A stretch of DNA of 63,720 nt, counting the filler, from Octopus bimaculoides (taxonomy: Eukaryota), in assembly GCF_001194135.2 (NCBI RefSeq). It is 6 parts of 4 records of this genome, joined end to end, with 100 filler letters (N's around TTAATTAATTAA, not from the genome) between each part and the next. Parts side by side here need not be neighbours in the genome. Positions count along the whole stretch, not along the records: positions 56,672 to 63,720 come from NC_068996.1; 5 more parts are not named here. One strand, 5' to 3'. How positions within the stretch are numbered: the stretch's first letter is position 1; every line of letters begins with the position of its first letter. Below are positions 62,323-63,720 of the stretch, in pieces. Both the position numbers and the translations under genes were made by a program. Below the pieces are notes generated by a model that was not told where the DNA came from, ran no database searches, and saw only the letters and a program-made list of their open reading frames with translations.

Positions 62323-63410
62323 GTTATTATATGTTTCATTTTGCTTAGTATTTGTACAAATTGATTCCAAGTCTCACTCAGAGACCTCGGGAGACAAGTT
62401 AGAAGTTCAAGCTGGTATTATGCCTAGGGTCTTTTGCATATGGTATTGTTCTAGAGAATGGTAAAGGAAACATTAAGGAAAGTTTGTTTTAACATTTGAG
62501 ATTATACAGAGAGTATTTTACGTAGATATGGGCAGTTACCATGACCACTATTTTTGAATTTCTGTCATTTTGGGGTTTCCTGGAATCTGAGCAAGGTAAC
62601 AATCAGCACCGTTTACTATCATTCCTAGGAAACCTATGACAACAGGTATTATTTTAGTCTTCAGGTTCCACATTTTGCCAACTTCTGGCCTATTTGCATC
62701 TATCTTTCTGTCAGTTTGAATGGTGAAGTTCCAGTATACAAGCACTGGATGTGGTTTGTATTCTCACTAGTTTTTTTTTTTTATCACGGGGCAGGTCCAG
62801 GTTTTTGCAAATTTCCCAGTGAATATACTATGCTGCTCTATCATGCCTGTTGAGATACTCTGTAGGCGCAAGACGTCTGCACTTAGAGACGACATGATCA
62901 ATGGTTTCATTGTGTTGTTGACATACACATGTTTGGCACCTGTCGTTCTTTAATATGTTGGCCGGGTAGTTCCTTGTAGGTAGGCATTGATCTTGGGCTG
63001 CTATGAGAAACCCTTCTGTTTCAGATTTTAAGCTAGAAGTCACTAACCATTGATGAGTAAGGCCTTTGTCAACATCGGCATTATTAGTTCTCTTTTCATA
63101 CACTTAGCTTTTTCTGCGCTTGTTAGTACGTCTAACTTTGGAATTTGTATTTGGAATTCACTTAGATATTCGTTTGCCTGTTTTGTTACTTTCTTGTTTT
63201 CATATTTTGAGACAAGTTTTAACATGAAGTCATCAGAGTTTTTCAGGTAGTTGTTTAGGTTAATAGTGGCAATCTTCATTGTTAGTTCCAGTTGTAAAAG
63301 TCCACAGCCACCCTCTTTTCTTGGGAGATAAAGTCGTTCTACATCTGCCCTAGAGTGATGTATTCTATGCATTGTCAACAAGTTTCGTATTTTTCTGTCA
63401 ACATTACATA
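62257..63410 (-). mobile_element. 5'-truncated Dong/R4 LINE ending in (AAT)n
   Basis: ADVERLYLPRKEGGCGL; ETEGFLIAAQDQCLPTRNY..C..C..ETIDHVVSKC..YLNRHD (CCHC); YWNFTIQTDRKIDANRP; IIPVVIG.LG (endonuclease). Confidence 0.92.
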
Positions 63411-63720
63411 TTTCAGCAATTGAGCAGCTATATATATATATCTATATATATATATATATATCTATATATATATATATATATATATAATCATAAATATACA
63501 GGGATTAGCATTGAGTTGCTTCTCCAACATACTGAAAATTTAGAAATAGCAGTCAAAGAACTACTGATTCTAAACTACAAATTTTTCTCTAAACGGATGG
63601 CGATATTTATGGCACACATAGAACAAAACCGGAGGGAAAAGCATAAACAAAACAAGTCTTTAGTTAATCGGATACGATCGTTTAATGGTTAAGAGAATGA
63701 AAATTTCTCTATTCCAAATC

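Overview
This is a repeat-saturated animal draft-genome window. The repeat repertoire looks cephalopod/Octopus-like, which is an inference from recognised families. It contains several N gaps and artificial TTAATTAATTAA linkers. No long intact host ORF is visible, and most track ORFs are microsatellite or N artefacts. The window holds a near full-length but decayed Tx1-like LINE (775-5947, minus strand) nested in an (AAT)n cluster with Dong/R4 fragments. It also holds RTE and CR1 LINE pieces, Penelope-like elements (PLEs) with RT and GIY-YIG remnants, DNA transposon remnants (Chapaev-like, hAT, Tc1/mariner, piggyBac-type MITEs), many tRNA-derived SINEs, and two tandem arrays (81 bp and 220 bp). 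The most interesting signal is a set of hammerhead-ribozyme (HHR) motifs from at least four sequence families. One family occurs as a composite unit of tRNA-like Pol III head, (AAT)n and HHR, attached directly to the 3' end of a PLE ORF and also found free in head-to-head form. A CpG-poor central domain, promoter-like ends and scattered splice signals suggest a hidden, unidentified host gene or genes.
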